Virus record (IMG/VR): IMGVR_UViG_3300033067_000449
Span: 3,361 to 67,360 of that record
From: a virus
Taxonomy: Duplodnaviria > Caudoviricetes
Reading direction: 5' to 3' (one strand)
Length of the DNA stretch: 64,000 nucleotides
This document shows positions 27,384 through 38,559 of the stretch, piece after piece. The notes beneath the pieces are model-generated. The model was given only the letters and a program-made list of their open reading frames with translations, searched no databases and was not told where the DNA came from. Within the stretch, counting starts at the first letter, position 1; each line of letters begins with the position of its first letter. Both the position numbers and the translations under genes were made by a program.

Positions 27384-28816
27384 TGGCTAATACCACAATA
27401 GGATCATCAATAGGTTTAACTGGCACTCCAAGAGAGTATACTCAGTTATATAAATACAATCAACAGCTTCAAGCAGCAAAACAAAAAGCACAACAGGATA
27501 AACTTGATGATATCATTAGGGATGTTACAGTCAAGTCTGGACAAGACTTACATCGTCTGGAAGTAGAACCAATGAGAATAAGAACTGCTCAGTTTATTGA
27601 TAAAGCTAGACAGTCAATTGGTCAAGATGATATGAGTTCTTTTTATGAAGAATTGACAAACTATCAAGCCGATTTAAATCTAGCCAAAAGTAGAAGTGCG
27701 GGATATAACGGTTTAGAAAAAACAGTAAGAGAAGCTGCTTCTGGAAATAAGTATATTCCAAAGAATACAAGACAAGCAGCTGGTTTGATGCTTAATTCAG
27801 CAACAAGTGCTGATTTTATTCAAGCTATGGACGATGCTGGTGTTACACGTAATGCATTTTTTGATTATGATGAACAGGGCAATGTAATGACTCAATCGTT
27901 TGATGCCTACGACATTAACAAAGCAGCAAAGGATTTGATTAACGGAAACTCGGTTATTATCGAATTAGGAAAACCAACTAGAGATGAATTTACAGGAAAT
28001 GTATTTATACCTAGAGTTATGGGTCTTCCTATGGACGAAGCTGCTGCAAATGAGGTAAGAAAGATAATAAATCCAGACACAAAGTCAATGGTTCAACCAA
28101 GTCTTACTGCAAAAGAAATTCCATCAATATTATTGAAAAATGCAACATTGGCTGCTCAATATATTGACCAATACGATTTAGAAGAAGCAACTCCAGAAGA
28201 AATCGAACAACACTTTTTTGAAACAGTAGTTAAGCCTAACGTTAAGCTTAAAGAAACTATGCAGGTTCTAAAAAAACCAGGAGATATAAATATCACAAAT
28301 CTACAAGGAAGTGCTGCCGAATATGCGTTCGAGGGTTCTCCCTTACCAGAATTGTCGTTTGGTATTGATGGAAAACAATTTACGGTAGACGCTGCGTACT
28401 CTGTTCCTTTGGCAATAGGAGATTTAAATTTTAGATTTACTCCAACTACTACACTGATTAATAAAAGTACAGGTCGCCCATACACCTCTTCAGTTACGAC
28501 CACAATAGATGCAAATGTCGTTAACGTTTTACCTTATGAAATGATGGGAAAATCTAAAATTGTAATTAGCAACGCTAGAGTAAAACAATTAAAAGCAAAA
28601 GGTAAAAAGGTAAAATATGCAGCGTTCGTTGAGGGCAAAACTGGATTTATTGGAGCAGAAGGAGAAATGACAAATCCAGATTTCTATACCGAGTTTACTC
28701 CTGCGGTTAAATCTAACTTTGCGGCTCAGGCAGCAACAAAAGGAAAACAAGCAGCAGCCGCTTGGGCTAGAGGTGCTCAAAGACTAGATAAGGAAGTAGC
28801 TAGGGCAAACAAGTAA
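27383..28816 (+). CDS. putative ejected internal virion protein 2 (477 aa)
   Basis: Helical Gln/Ala-rich N-terminus; position. Confidence 0.55.
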   Translation: MANTTIGSSIGLTGTPREYTQLYKYNQQLQAAKQKAQQDKLDDIIRDVTVKSGQDLHRLEVEPMRIRTAQFIDKARQSIGQDDMSSFYEELTNYQADLNLAKSRSAGYNGLEKTVREAASGNKYIPKNTRQAAGLMLNSATSADFIQAMDDAGVTRNAFFDYDEQGNVMTQSFDAYDINKAAKDLINGNSVIIELGKPTRDEFTGNVFIPRVMGLPMDEAAANEVRKIINPDTKSMVQPSLTAKEIPSILLKNATLAAQYIDQYDLEEATPEEIEQHFFETVVKPNVKLKETMQVLKKPGDINITNLQGSAAEYAFEGSPLPELSFGIDGKQFTVDAAYSVPLAIGDLNFRFTPTTTLINKSTGRPYTSSVTTTIDANVVNVLPYEMMGKSKIVISNARVKQLKAKGKKVKYAAFVEGKTGFIGAEGEMTNPDFYTEFTPAVKSNFAAQAATKGKQAAAAWARGAQRLDKEVARANK

Positions 28817-28843
28817 TCCTGCCGACTTTTAGCAATTTTTCGC

Positions 28844-28851
28844 TATATTTG
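28844..28851 (+). promoter_or_regulatory. promoter -7 element TATATTTG, 4 nt before the ATG
   Basis: Consensus match. Confidence 0.65.
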
Positions 28852-28855
28852 TATT

Positions 28856-31800
28856 ATGGCAGAACAATTGCTCACAGGTCAACCTACTCCTCCAACTGGA
28901 CCACTTCCACTTACTTATCAGAATCTTTTCAATGAATCAACTAAGGTTTCTCAACGTAAGGACGTTCCATTGCCTAATGGTAAATACGCAGCAAATGCAA
29001 AAGAGTTAGAAACTTATCTTCAAACTCCTGAAAACCAAGAAGCATACTACAAAATGTATAGTGCTCCTGCTATGGCATTTGGGGCTAGTAATTTGGATCA
29101 GTTTAAAGTAAAGATATCTGGGGGTCTCACTTCAGGAGAGATTGCAATAGCAAAAGCTAAACCATCTCTTCCTACAATAAAGCCAGTAACTCAAGTTCAA
29201 CAAATGGAGTATCAGGATTTGAATCAACCTGCCATTGAACAATTTGAATCACTAAAGGCAAACAAGATAAATAAAACCGCTGCTGGTAAAGAACTCAAGA
29301 CTTACCAAGAGATGCAAGATTACTTCTCAAGTCCTGAGAATGTAAGCGACTGGGGAAAAGCATATAACTACACAATCAAAACAAAAGGACTTGATTTAAA
29401 CACAGTAGCCAATAATGCAAAACCAAAGCAATCACTCAAGACCATAACAGAAATACAAACTGATGCTGCTGAACAAGTTCAGAAGAGTGATTTAGATCAA
29501 GTAGATCCAGACAAACTTTCTGAATTAGTATACAATGCAGAAGAACTAGGTATCGTTGGTGAGGCCATTGACTTAGAAACACCAATCGAACTTACCGAAT
29601 ATGTAGATGGTCAATTTGTAACTCGCCAAATCAACAAATTAACTTACGAAGACTACAATCAGTTACTAAAATATAAGTATGGCAAATCAGATATAGATAA
29701 TAGTCTGATTCAACCCAGTGTAGAAGGACAACCTACTGTATATTCTATTAATGAGTTTGAAGAAGCCAAAGGTAAAGTAAAAGAAAACTACCTAGATAAC
29801 TTGGCAATCAAAAACGCAGACGAAAAGAGAACCAAAAATAAAAACTACGATGCTGATATTGAGACAAAGAATAGACAACTTTTGTCACCAGATGAGCAGA
29901 AGTTAGCACAGATTACAGATCAGATTGACCAGTTGGTTGATCAAATGTTAATTGATAAATACTCAGAAAAAGGAGTATCTCCAGATTTTCAAGTTAAACT
30001 GAGAGGATTGGAACAACAGGCTGCACAACTCAGAAAATCTTCGGGTTTGGCCTCAGATCAAATGTTTGATTCTGTAACTGGTCAGATGGTAGATACAACA
30101 CCAGAAGAAAAGCAAGCAATTCAAATAGGTGCACAAAAAGCACAAGAGAAATATTCAACACTGAGTTCACGAGACCAACTCAAAGCAGAACGAAATCTTC
30201 TTTGGGAAAAGGTACAATTGTTAGATGAGCAAATCAACTCAGTAAAGAACGAATGGGATAACACACAAGTACCTGGTTCTACTACAATCGGACTTGCACA
30301 ACAAGCATTGGGGATCGAAGGAGGTGTAACAGGAAAGAGTGCACAACTCTTCAACTCTGTATTGAATCTACAAAACAAAAAGGCTGAGTTGTATGGTCAA
30401 CTTCTTACTTTGAATAAACTCGTTTATACAAATGAAGATGTATTTAAGAGAGATACAGAATATGGAGTTAAGACTGCTGCTGAGTCAGTTGCAGAACAAA
30501 CATACGGATTCAGTTTGTTTACCGACAAAAATACAGTAAGAACTCGTGTTCAAGAAGTAGAAGAAGCAAAACGATTCTTCGATAGCAAAGGCATCAAGTT
30601 GTCAAACAAACAATTGCTCGGAACAGAAGCAGGAATACTCGAATCTGTTGGTTCATCTGTTGGAAATACCGTTAATGTAATGGTTGACATCGGACTCAGT
30701 TCTTATGGTATTGGTCTTTTATCTAAGGGATTGACAGGTTCTAAATACTGGCAAGTAGCTAAAGAGTTCATGTCAAACAAGTATGGAGCAGCAGGACGCT
30801 TTGCTGCGAGCATGACCGAAGGAGCACTTCCTTATTTGGTTCAGGGAACATCGTATGCTGTATCTGGTCAAAGTTTCGGAACAGGTGTAGCAGAAACATT
30901 GGCAGAAAAAGGATTTGATAAATATGCAGCACAGGGTATTGAGAAGTTTGGTGGCAAATACGGAAAGGTAACATTTATTCTCGGTCGTTGGCTAAGCGGT
31001 GCAACGGGTGAAACTGTAGCAGAAGTTGCTGGTAATATCATTCCTCTTCTTGCCGAAAATGGTTTTGACGTAAACAAAGCATACAAGGATGCTTTCGGTG
31101 AAACAGGAGATGAACAAACTAAAAACTTGGCAATCTTAGGTTTGAGTTGTGTATTGTTTGCTGCACCCGCAAACTTACCATATGTATTCAAGACCAAGCA
31201 AAAAATTCAACAGTATATTGCCGAGAATGGTTCTAATCCTATATTGGAAGAAACAATGCGTGTTATTGACGACACCATTCAAAATACACCAACAGGTCAA
31301 GCAGCCACAAATTTAGATGAAAGAATCTATGGTGAAAACCCAGTTATACCTTTGGTATTTACTGAGGCACCCGAAGTGATAGTGAACGAAGATTTGGTTG
31401 AACCTCCAGTGCAAGGTCCAGCAGAAAGACCACAAGAAACAGTAGGTATAGAAAAGCGTTCAGCAAATAACGGAGAAGAGTTCTTCGTAGTTGAGAATGA
31501 CGGTAAGGTAAACAAGAATGTAATTTATCGTGTAAATGCAAACAACGGTCAACTTGAAGTAAAAGGTTATGATGCAATGCAAGAAGGTTTCGTACCTGCC
31601 TCAGAAACGATTGTACAGGCCGTAGACCGCAAATCAAAAGAAAACGGTATCATATCATCAGATAAGGCTACTCGTGTCGCTAAACAGCGTTTAAACATCG
31701 ACCCAGATGCAGAAAGAGTAATTACACCTGAAGGAAAAGTATTGTACCAAACTCCAGGACAGACTGCACAACAGTTTGGAAGAACTCGTGAAAAGAACGT

Positions 31801-34800
31801 AAACACAGTTAGAGGAACAGCCGATTCTACTTTTGACTTCTTAAATGAATTGAAATCAAAGATTGTTTCAGGCATCTTCCCAAATATAGAAACAAAGGTA
31901 GACGGAGAACAATCAGCAAGTTACAACAGATACCGTGATGCATTGCGCACAAAGATGAAGTTGAACTCAGGTTCTTTCTTCTCAAAAGGAAAGGCCGTAT
32001 TGGTTGAAAGCGGAATGAACAAAATCCCAAAGGTTGCTGATTTCCTAGCTGGTTTGATAGAAGACTTTTCTAAAACAGGAAAAGCAATCGAAACTACAGT
32101 GACAGATGTTATGGGAACAACAACCAAAGCAGCAATTAGAATTGAGCAGGTTGTAGATAACATTATATCGACTGATTTCTTTCAGGATAAATTTGGTTCA
32201 GCAGCTGAGGCCTCAGACTTTGCCAAAACAATGTTAACTGATCTATTAATCAACGATAAGTCAGTAGCAAAAGAAATCTTTGGAACAAACAAACAAGCCT
32301 ACGACGAATTCATTAAGTTCAGAGAAGGGTTCAATAAATTCGTAGCAAAGAACTATACAGGCGCAGCAAGTTATTCAACAGACCACAAGTTCTATAATAA
32401 TCAAATGCCAGATGTAACAATCAAAGGCAGAGAAGAAGAATTTGCAATGGATGAAAAGCAAAGGGTACAAGAGCAAACAAGACGCGAAGATGTAGCAAAT
32501 GTATTGAACTTGGCAGGTATTGACACATCAACAGAGAATATTGAAGGTATCAGATACAAACAGGGAGAAATCTCAGCATCTCAATACTTGGATACTCTGG
32601 GTGAAGATACCAATGGATTGACAGAAGAAGAAATTACAGCAAAGGCTGATGTAGCATCTGAAGGAGTTAGTCCAGAAACATTTGCCGAAGCGGTAAAGAA
32701 CAGAGAAATAAACGAAAATACACGTAATAAAAGATTAACTCGTCTTCGCAAAGAACTCAGAACAAAGTTTGGATTCAATAATCCCTTGGCTAAACTTATC
32801 GCTAAAGGAGCACTTCCTGATTTGTCAGTGGGAAGTAAGAGAAAAGTCACTGCAATAATGATGAACAAAGTCATCGAAACTGCTGCTACTCGTGCGGGTG
32901 TTACTGCTGATGAATTTTTGGACAACTACTTGAAGTTCGAAAAAGCAACTGAGCAAGAGTTTATGGACTTCGTTAAAAACCAACCCGGAGGAAAAGAATT
33001 GTTCCAGCGAATTGGAGAGAAAGGAGCTCAGTACAGACAAGAAGTAGCTCAATTCCTTGACGATGCAAAGAGATTAGAGAAAGAAGGAAAAACACCACAA
33101 CAAATTCTAGATGCAACAGGCTGGATTAGAGGATTTACTGGAGATTGGAAATATTCAATTGTTGCTCCATCGTCAACGCTGAACATTAATCAATCGTTTG
33201 ACATAGCAAACAAAGATTTCAAAACATATCCTCTAGGAGCAATTTTAAAATATCCTGAAATATATAAGGCATACCCACAACTAAAAACAACAGAACTTAT
33301 AATCATAAACGATTCTAGTCAGAAATATTTAGGTAGTTATGGTAATGATTCTATTACAATCAATATGGCTCATATTTCTGATTCTGTTGGCTTTGAAATG
33401 ACTTTACAGCACGAATTACAACACGCAATTCAGCATATTGAAGGGTGGCAATCGGGAGGAAATTTAAATAATGTAGTGTTATCAAACACAATGGATACAA
33501 TTGAATCTGTTGCACAAACACTAGTTGAAAACGGAGTTCCTCCTATTAGCGATCTTGCAATAAAAGAAACAAATAGATTAATTCAAGAATTTGGCTACCA
33601 GTTAAAATATGCTAACGAACAAGATTTTACTAATTTACTTCAAATAATACAGAATAACTTGTGGAATGCTGTACATCCTACTTTTGATGAAACATTAATG
33701 CAAGAATTTACTCAAAAGTTTCCAGTAAATATATCAAACGAAGTGATATTATTGCTTGGAAATATGACAAATTATAAACTGTATAAGAATATTTATGGAG
33801 AAATAGAAGCACGCAATGCAGAAGAAAGAGAGTTTTTATTAACAAACAAAATACTCAATAAGCCAGAACTATATGCTCAATATGTAAAACCAGAAGAACT
33901 AGAGACTGTTAATTATTGCGCAGGTAAATTAAAAGAACTAGAATCTGAATATGCAGATTTTATAGCTACAGCAGCAAAAGCACTTGATGAGATATCAAAA
34001 AATTCATTTTTCACCGAGCTACAAAGAGACACGTTAAGAAAATCATTGGGTAAAGTTGAGGTAGACAAAGGCATGATTACAATAGACTATCCTCTTGATA
34101 TGTCAGTTCCTTTTGATCTCATAAAATTATACTCAGAAATCACTGATCAGACAGATTGGCTAAAATATACAATAACTAAGAAGTTTATTTCAGAAGAACA
34201 AGCAGATACAATTTATAATATCATTCGTACAAAGATTGATTTCGGTAATAAAAGTACAGCATATAAAAATGTAATTTTACAAAGTTTAGATATTCCCATC
34301 GGAGCGTTAGATGAGGATTTAACATTAGCCAACTATCCTTTATTTTGGAAATCAAATGACTTTGATAGACCTGTATTAACGACCAAGAAAAACTTCAAAC
34401 CAAGTAACCTCACCTCAGATAAGAATCAAGCGATAGAAGCAAGTGAGGCAATTCAAAACTTTGAACCAAAGACTTTGTTTCAAGCTGATACAAGAGCAAA
34501 CGAAGCTAGAGGTGCGGCATTCATCACACAAGACGCTGCTGATATCATATTCGCACTGACAGATCCAAACTTGTCAACTCCTCTTCACGAGATTGCACAC
34601 ATCTACGAGAAGTACATGACTGACGCAGAAAGAAAAACTGTATTGGCTATGACAGGAGAAAGTTCGTGGTCAACAGATACTTCTGAATACTTTGCTCGCG
34701 GCTTTGAAAGATACTTATATAGCGGTAATGCACCAGATGCCAAATTATTGCCGTTGTTTGACAAACTTCGCACTTGGTTGAAAGACATTTATGCACAACT

Positions 34801-37800
34801 TTCAGGTAGTGAGATTGATGTTCCTTTGAACCAACCCATGCGTGATTTGTATTCAGCTATGTTGGGAGAAGCAAAGGTTCCCGAAGTTCAAGTGGCAGAA
34901 ACACAGGCTCCAAGAACAGCCGACACTCAACTTGCTGATTTCATTTCTGGTAAAAGAAATCAAGGTATTTCTGACGATCAGATTTATGTAGGTCTTTTGC
35001 AATCTGGATTTAAGGCTGCTGATCTAGAAGACTTCTTTAACTTACAAACTAGACAGACTGTATCTAGTCAAATTGAAGAAAACGGTCCTGTTAAAGAAGA
35101 GGCTAGAATTGCAGAAAACGAAGCTGCGGGCATGTATGTGAGAAGATCGGCTGAACAATTAGAAATAGAAATGGATGGATTGACAATCGAGGAATCACAA
35201 GCGATGATTGAAAACTTTGCCAATTCATCAAATCTAGATGCTGCTATCGCAAATCAAATTCAAGACATTCTAGAAAAGAAAGCAAGAGGAGAAAATGTTC
35301 AAGATGAATTTGAAAAACTCATAGCAACAGGAACAAACTTAGGTCGTGCATTGCAAGCGTTTACAAGATTGAAAAATCAGTCTGGGGCTCTCAGAGCAAG
35401 AAATCTAGTAAACAAATTGAAGAAAGAGGGTAAACAACTTCCAGAACCAGTCAAGAAAAAACTATTGGAGTTAGGAGATGCTTACGATGAAGCTAAGATA
35501 AAATTCAAAAATGCAAAAGTAGCAGCACAGAATAACCCAGGTGGACAAAGCCCAGTAGCAGGAAAGACAAACATGCAGTACTTCCAACAGCAGTTGCAAA
35601 ACGTTCAGAATATCGGACAACAGTTTGCCGCAGTTGCAAGACCATATGTATCTGATGCTAGTTACAGTAGCACTTGGGAAACACTTATTCGAGGTAACTT
35701 GTTGACTCCTACTTCCACTATTATAAACATTACGTCAAACGCAACAAAAGCTATCTTTAACATACCAATCAATCTTATTGCATCTGGTGTATCAGCAGTT
35801 GCACCAACTAAAGGAACAATGAGAGGATGGGATTATTATAGCGCAGGATGGAAATATGGATTTACCACTGGAATCAAAAAGGGAATTGATATTCTAAAGA
35901 AAGGAAACTTGCCAGAAAGTTCACAGGGACTTCAAATTGAATCTGGATTTAACGGATTTAAATCTATGACTGAGGCATTGGGTTCTGTAATTGCTAAAAT
36001 TCAAGGTGAATCTGATGCTGATATCGCAGCGGAGTATGGCTATAACCTAAACGCAAAAGGAAAGATACCAAACAAAGAAAAAGCAATCAAAGCAATCGAA
36101 GGTACATTTGGTTTACCAGCAGAGGCATTCTTTAGATTATTGGGTTCTGTCGATGCGGTATTTAGGAATATGGCTTACTATTCTGCTTTGTCAGAGCAAG
36201 CCAAACTATCTGGTTTGAAAAATCCAACAGACATAGAAAACTTCATCAAGTTAAATTCTGACTATTCAAATACAAAAGCTGATAACGAGGCTTTGAGATA
36301 CGTATACTCTAATAACTCAAAGGCGTATAAGTTTATTTCAAAACTTTATGGTTCAGGAAAAGGAATAGAAGGAAAAATTTGGAAGTTGGGAGCAACTGGA
36401 GTTATTCCGTTTGCTAAGATTCCAACTAACTTGGCAATTGAATTTGCTGAAATTATGATTCCAGAATGGTCTTTTGCTAAGGCTGCGTACAACTTCCTTC
36501 AGATGAACAAACTAAACAAACAGATTAAAAATACCAAAAACCCACAAACAAAATTAAAACTGGAGTCTCAGAGACAAGACCTAGCACGCAAAAGAGATGA
36601 ATTAATAGGAAGAGGACTCGTAGGTACCGCATTGAACTACGCAGGAACATGGATTGCACAGAGTGGAGCATTGAGCGCAGGTGCACAAGGAGAAGACAAA
36701 AAACGCAAGGATTACATCTACAGATTTGAAAGACCATATAGCATGAACCTTTCTCTATTAGAAAGATATGCAAATGGCGAAAAAGATGATATGTGGAGAG
36801 AAGGAGATGCAATCATTGACTACAGATTCTTGGGTGTATTTGGTGGTATTTTGTTTGCTTCTCAGAGCGACAAGAGAGAAACAGAAAAAGAAAAGAGTAA
36901 AGAAATCACAAACCAAACTGTGTTTAGCACAATATCTGATTTTGCTTGGAACAGTAGTGTATCAGAAACTCTTCAGTATTTGGTTGACCAGTCTTTTGTA
37001 AAAGGATTAAATCAGGCATTGGGTGCACTCGATCCGCGTCAAGAAGGAGCAAGTGAAAGATTTGTAAGTGGTCTTTTGACTACTTTGAGTACAGCAGCTC
37101 TTCCTAACTCATTGGCTATCTTCGATAAGGCAAACAGAAACTACATTCCTGAGTACGATAGTCCATACGAAGGAGCCGATAAGATAGTTTATGACTTCAT
37201 GACTAAGGTTAAAGAACGCTGGCCTTTTGATGACCCAAATAACATCATGGCTAAAGTAGATGCTTTTGGTCGTCCTATTCCACAAACTCCCGTTGGAAGA
37301 AATTCTTGGTTCTACAACGCATTCGATGTTACTAAATTCTCGAAAGGATTGTACGACGAAAAGGATTTGAGCTGGGAAAGATTAGTTTATACTGCGGTTA
37401 AAAAAGGCGATGTAATGACAGCGTTCCCACAGAGTCCTTCTCCTATAATAAAAACCAGAGTTGGAAATGAGAGTTACAGATTGTCTCCTGAAGAGTACGA
37501 AAAGTATGCAATAGCGGTAGGTGAAGCAAGAAGAACTATTGTCAATCAGTTTATTCAAAATGCTGAAATTCGAGAACTAATAGATCCGAATTCAATATTA
37601 AATCAGATGACAGATGGTAAAAACCAATATGGTTTTGTTATTCTTGGTAAAATCTTGAGTAGTTTGTATGCTGCTGCTGATGCAACAATGATTAATACAC
37701 AACGAGGAGTTATTTTCGAAGCAAGAAAGAAAATGGCAATCGACAGACCCGAAGAATTCAAAGCCCTACTTGAAGCAGAAAAGAGTAACATCTACAGTAA

Positions 37801-38002
37801 TGCTTTGGATTTGTTGTATGAAAACCCAGAGATGACTCAGTATCTTCCCAAAAAGACAGCACAGGACATTTTCTTTGCGAAGAAAGGAAAGTACACAGAA
37901 GACAGAAATTACTCAGCTCCAGCAGAACAGACCAAAACTGAAAACGCAGGCAAATCTGGAGAAGAGGAGATAGACTGGGATGAATTCTTTAAACAGAAAT
38001 AA
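28856..38002 (+). CDS. giant polyvalent / ejected virion protein (3048 aa) with an LPD23-like domain and two zincin (HExxH) motifs
   Basis: 'IGEKGA...AKRLEKEGKTPQQILDATGWIRG..GDWKYSI' (LPD23-like), 'HELQHAIQHIEGWQSGGN...GEIEARNAEER', 'STPLHEIAHIY'; helical C-terminus. Confidence 0.75.
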   Translation: MAEQLLTGQPTPPTGPLPLTYQNLFNESTKVSQRKDVPLPNGKYAANAKELETYLQTPENQEAYYKMYSAPAMAFGASNLDQFKVKISGGLTSGEIAIAKAKPSLPTIKPVTQVQQMEYQDLNQPAIEQFESLKANKINKTAAGKELKTYQEMQDYFSSPENVSDWGKAYNYTIKTKGLDLNTVANNAKPKQSLKTITEIQTDAAEQVQKSDLDQVDPDKLSELVYNAEELGIVGEAIDLETPIELTEYVDGQFVTRQINKLTYEDYNQLLKYKYGKSDIDNSLIQPSVEGQPTVYSINEFEEAKGKVKENYLDNLAIKNADEKRTKNKNYDADIETKNRQLLSPDEQKLAQITDQIDQLVDQMLIDKYSEKGVSPDFQVKLRGLEQQAAQLRKSSGLASDQMFDSVTGQMVDTTPEEKQAIQIGAQKAQEKYSTLSSRDQLKAERNLLWEKVQLLDEQINSVKNEWDNTQVPGSTTIGLAQQALGIEGGVTGKSAQLFNSVLNLQNKKAELYGQLLTLNKLVYTNEDVFKRDTEYGVKTAAESVAEQTYGFSLFTDKNTVRTRVQEVEEAKRFFDSKGIKLSNKQLLGTEAGILESVGSSVGNTVNVMVDIGLSSYGIGLLSKGLTGSKYWQVAKEFMSNKYGAAGRFAASMTEGALPYLVQGTSYAVSGQSFGTGVAETLAEKGFDKYAAQGIEKFGGKYGKVTFILGRWLSGATGETVAEVAGNIIPLLAENGFDVNKAYKDAFGETGDEQTKNLAILGLSCVLFAAPANLPYVFKTKQKIQQYIAENGSNPILEETMRVIDDTIQNTPTGQAATNLDERIYGENPVIPLVFTEAPEVIVNEDLVEPPVQGPAERPQETVGIEKRSANNGEEFFVVENDGKVNKNVIYRVNANNGQLEVKGYDAMQEGFVPASETIVQAVDRKSKENGIISSDKATRVAKQRLNIDPDAERVITPEGKVLYQTPGQTAQQFGRTREKNVNTVRGTADSTFDFLNELKSKIVSGIFPNIETKVDGEQSASYNRYRDALRTKMKLNSGSFFSKGKAVLVESGMNKIPKVADFLAGLIEDFSKTGKAIETTVTDVMGTTTKAAIRIEQVVDNIISTDFFQDKFGSAAEASDFAKTMLTDLLINDKSVAKEIFGTNKQAYDEFIKFREGFNKFVAKNYTGAASYSTDHKFYNNQMPDVTIKGREEEFAMDEKQRVQEQTRREDVANVLNLAGIDTSTENIEGIRYKQGEISASQYLDTLGEDTNGLTEEEITAKADVASEGVSPETFAEAVKNREINENTRNKRLTRLRKELRTKFGFNNPLAKLIAKGALPDLSVGSKRKVTAIMMNKVIETAATRAGVTADEFLDNYLKFEKATEQEFMDFVKNQPGGKELFQRIGEKGAQYRQEVAQFLDDAKRLEKEGKTPQQILDATGWIRGFTGDWKYSIVAPSSTLNINQSFDIANKDFKTYPLGAILKYPEIYKAYPQLKTTELIIINDSSQKYLGSYGNDSITINMAHISDSVGFEMTLQHELQHAIQHIEGWQSGGNLNNVVLSNTMDTIESVAQTLVENGVPPISDLAIKETNRLIQEFGYQLKYANEQDFTNLLQIIQNNLWNAVHPTFDETLMQEFTQKFPVNISNEVILLLGNMTNYKLYKNIYGEIEARNAEEREFLLTNKILNKPELYAQYVKPEELETVNYCAGKLKELESEYADFIATAAKALDEISKNSFFTELQRDTLRKSLGKVEVDKGMITIDYPLDMSVPFDLIKLYSEITDQTDWLKYTITKKFISEEQADTIYNIIRTKIDFGNKSTAYKNVILQSLDIPIGALDEDLTLANYPLFWKSNDFDRPVLTTKKNFKPSNLTSDKNQAIEASEAIQNFEPKTLFQADTRANEARGAAFITQDAADIIFALTDPNLSTPLHEIAHIYEKYMTDAERKTVLAMTGESSWSTDTSEYFARGFERYLYSGNAPDAKLLPLFDKLRTWLKDIYAQLSGSEIDVPLNQPMRDLYSAMLGEAKVPEVQVAETQAPRTADTQLADFISGKRNQGISDDQIYVGLLQSGFKAADLEDFFNLQTRQTVSSQIEENGPVKEEARIAENEAAGMYVRRSAEQLEIEMDGLTIEESQAMIENFANSSNLDAAIANQIQDILEKKARGENVQDEFEKLIATGTNLGRALQAFTRLKNQSGALRARNLVNKLKKEGKQLPEPVKKKLLELGDAYDEAKIKFKNAKVAAQNNPGGQSPVAGKTNMQYFQQQLQNVQNIGQQFAAVARPYVSDASYSSTWETLIRGNLLTPTSTIINITSNATKAIFNIPINLIASGVSAVAPTKGTMRGWDYYSAGWKYGFTTGIKKGIDILKKGNLPESSQGLQIESGFNGFKSMTEALGSVIAKIQGESDADIAAEYGYNLNAKGKIPNKEKAIKAIEGTFGLPAEAFFRLLGSVDAVFRNMAYYSALSEQAKLSGLKNPTDIENFIKLNSDYSNTKADNEALRYVYSNNSKAYKFISKLYGSGKGIEGKIWKLGATGVIPFAKIPTNLAIEFAEIMIPEWSFAKAAYNFLQMNKLNKQIKNTKNPQTKLKLESQRQDLARKRDELIGRGLVGTALNYAGTWIAQSGALSAGAQGEDKKRKDYIYRFERPYSMNLSLLERYANGEKDDMWREGDAIIDYRFLGVFGGILFASQSDKRETEKEKSKEITNQTVFSTISDFAWNSSVSETLQYLVDQSFVKGLNQALGALDPRQEGASERFVSGLLTTLSTAALPNSLAIFDKANRNYIPEYDSPYEGADKIVYDFMTKVKERWPFDDPNNIMAKVDAFGRPIPQTPVGRNSWFYNAFDVTKFSKGLYDEKDLSWERLVYTAVKKGDVMTAFPQSPSPIIKTRVGNESYRLSPEEYEKYAIAVGEARRTIVNQFIQNAEIRELIDPNSILNQMTDGKNQYGFVILGKILSSLYAAADATMINTQRGVIFEARKKMAIDRPEEFKALLEAEKSNIYSNALDLLYENPEMTQYLPKKTAQDIFFAKKGKYTEDRNYSAPAEQTKTENAGKSGEEEIDWDEFFKQK

Positions 38003-38007
38003 TTTCG

Positions 38008-38015
38008 TATATTTG
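38008..38015 (+). promoter_or_regulatory. promoter -7 element TATATTTG, 4 nt before the ATG
   Basis: Consensus match. Confidence 0.65.
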
Positions 38016-38019
38016 TATT

Positions 38020-38559
38020 ATGGCACTTTTAGTAGACCCAATAGTAACTTTCAAACATACTAGCACCGAGTTTATCATTATTGATTCAACCGGTGACTAT
38101 AATGCGGTGACTAACCCAAAAGGTTGGGGGTCTCCGAATGAAGCACGTTCTGCTTTAACTGCCATTAGTACAATAGCAACAAGTCCAGCAGGAACTACCG
38201 TCACAATCGTAATGACAGGCGGTAACTTTGATAACGATACATACCGTGCTCAAGACCTCGCCCCAAGTTTGTCAATGACTGATGGTATCTGGAAATTTGA
38301 CACAACCTTCGCAGTTGGTGCAAACTCAGAAACAATTAGTACTTACACACTGAGAGACGCAGTATTGAAATGCACACTTGGTAAACTAGCGTTGAGCAAT
38401 TTCGCTTGTGATGATTATTTTGAAATCAAATTGATGTACGATAAAATGATTCAAGCTATGGAGTGCGGAGAGTATGTATTAGCTGAAGAACTGTATGCCG
38501 ACATTGAAAAGGCCATAGATAATTGTCCAAACGAAATCAAGAAAAGCTGTGGCTGTTAA
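38020..38559 (+). CDS. putative structural protein (179 aa)
   Basis: 'DSTGDYNAVTNPKGWGSPN' beta-rich N-terminus, Cys-containing C-terminus. Confidence 0.6.
   Translation: MALLVDPIVTFKHTSTEFIIIDSTGDYNAVTNPKGWGSPNEARSALTAISTIATSPAGTTVTIVMTGGNFDNDTYRAQDLAPSLSMTDGIWKFDTTFAVGANSETISTYTLRDAVLKCTLGKLALSNFACDDYFEIKLMYDKMIQAMECGEYVLAEELYADIEKAIDNCPNEIKKSCGC

Noticed and set aside
28856-38002. Virion RNA polymerase as in canonical crAss-like phages
   Set aside because: No DxDxD/DFDGD-type catalytic loop was found in the translation; the recognisable motifs are LPD23-like and HExxH zincins.
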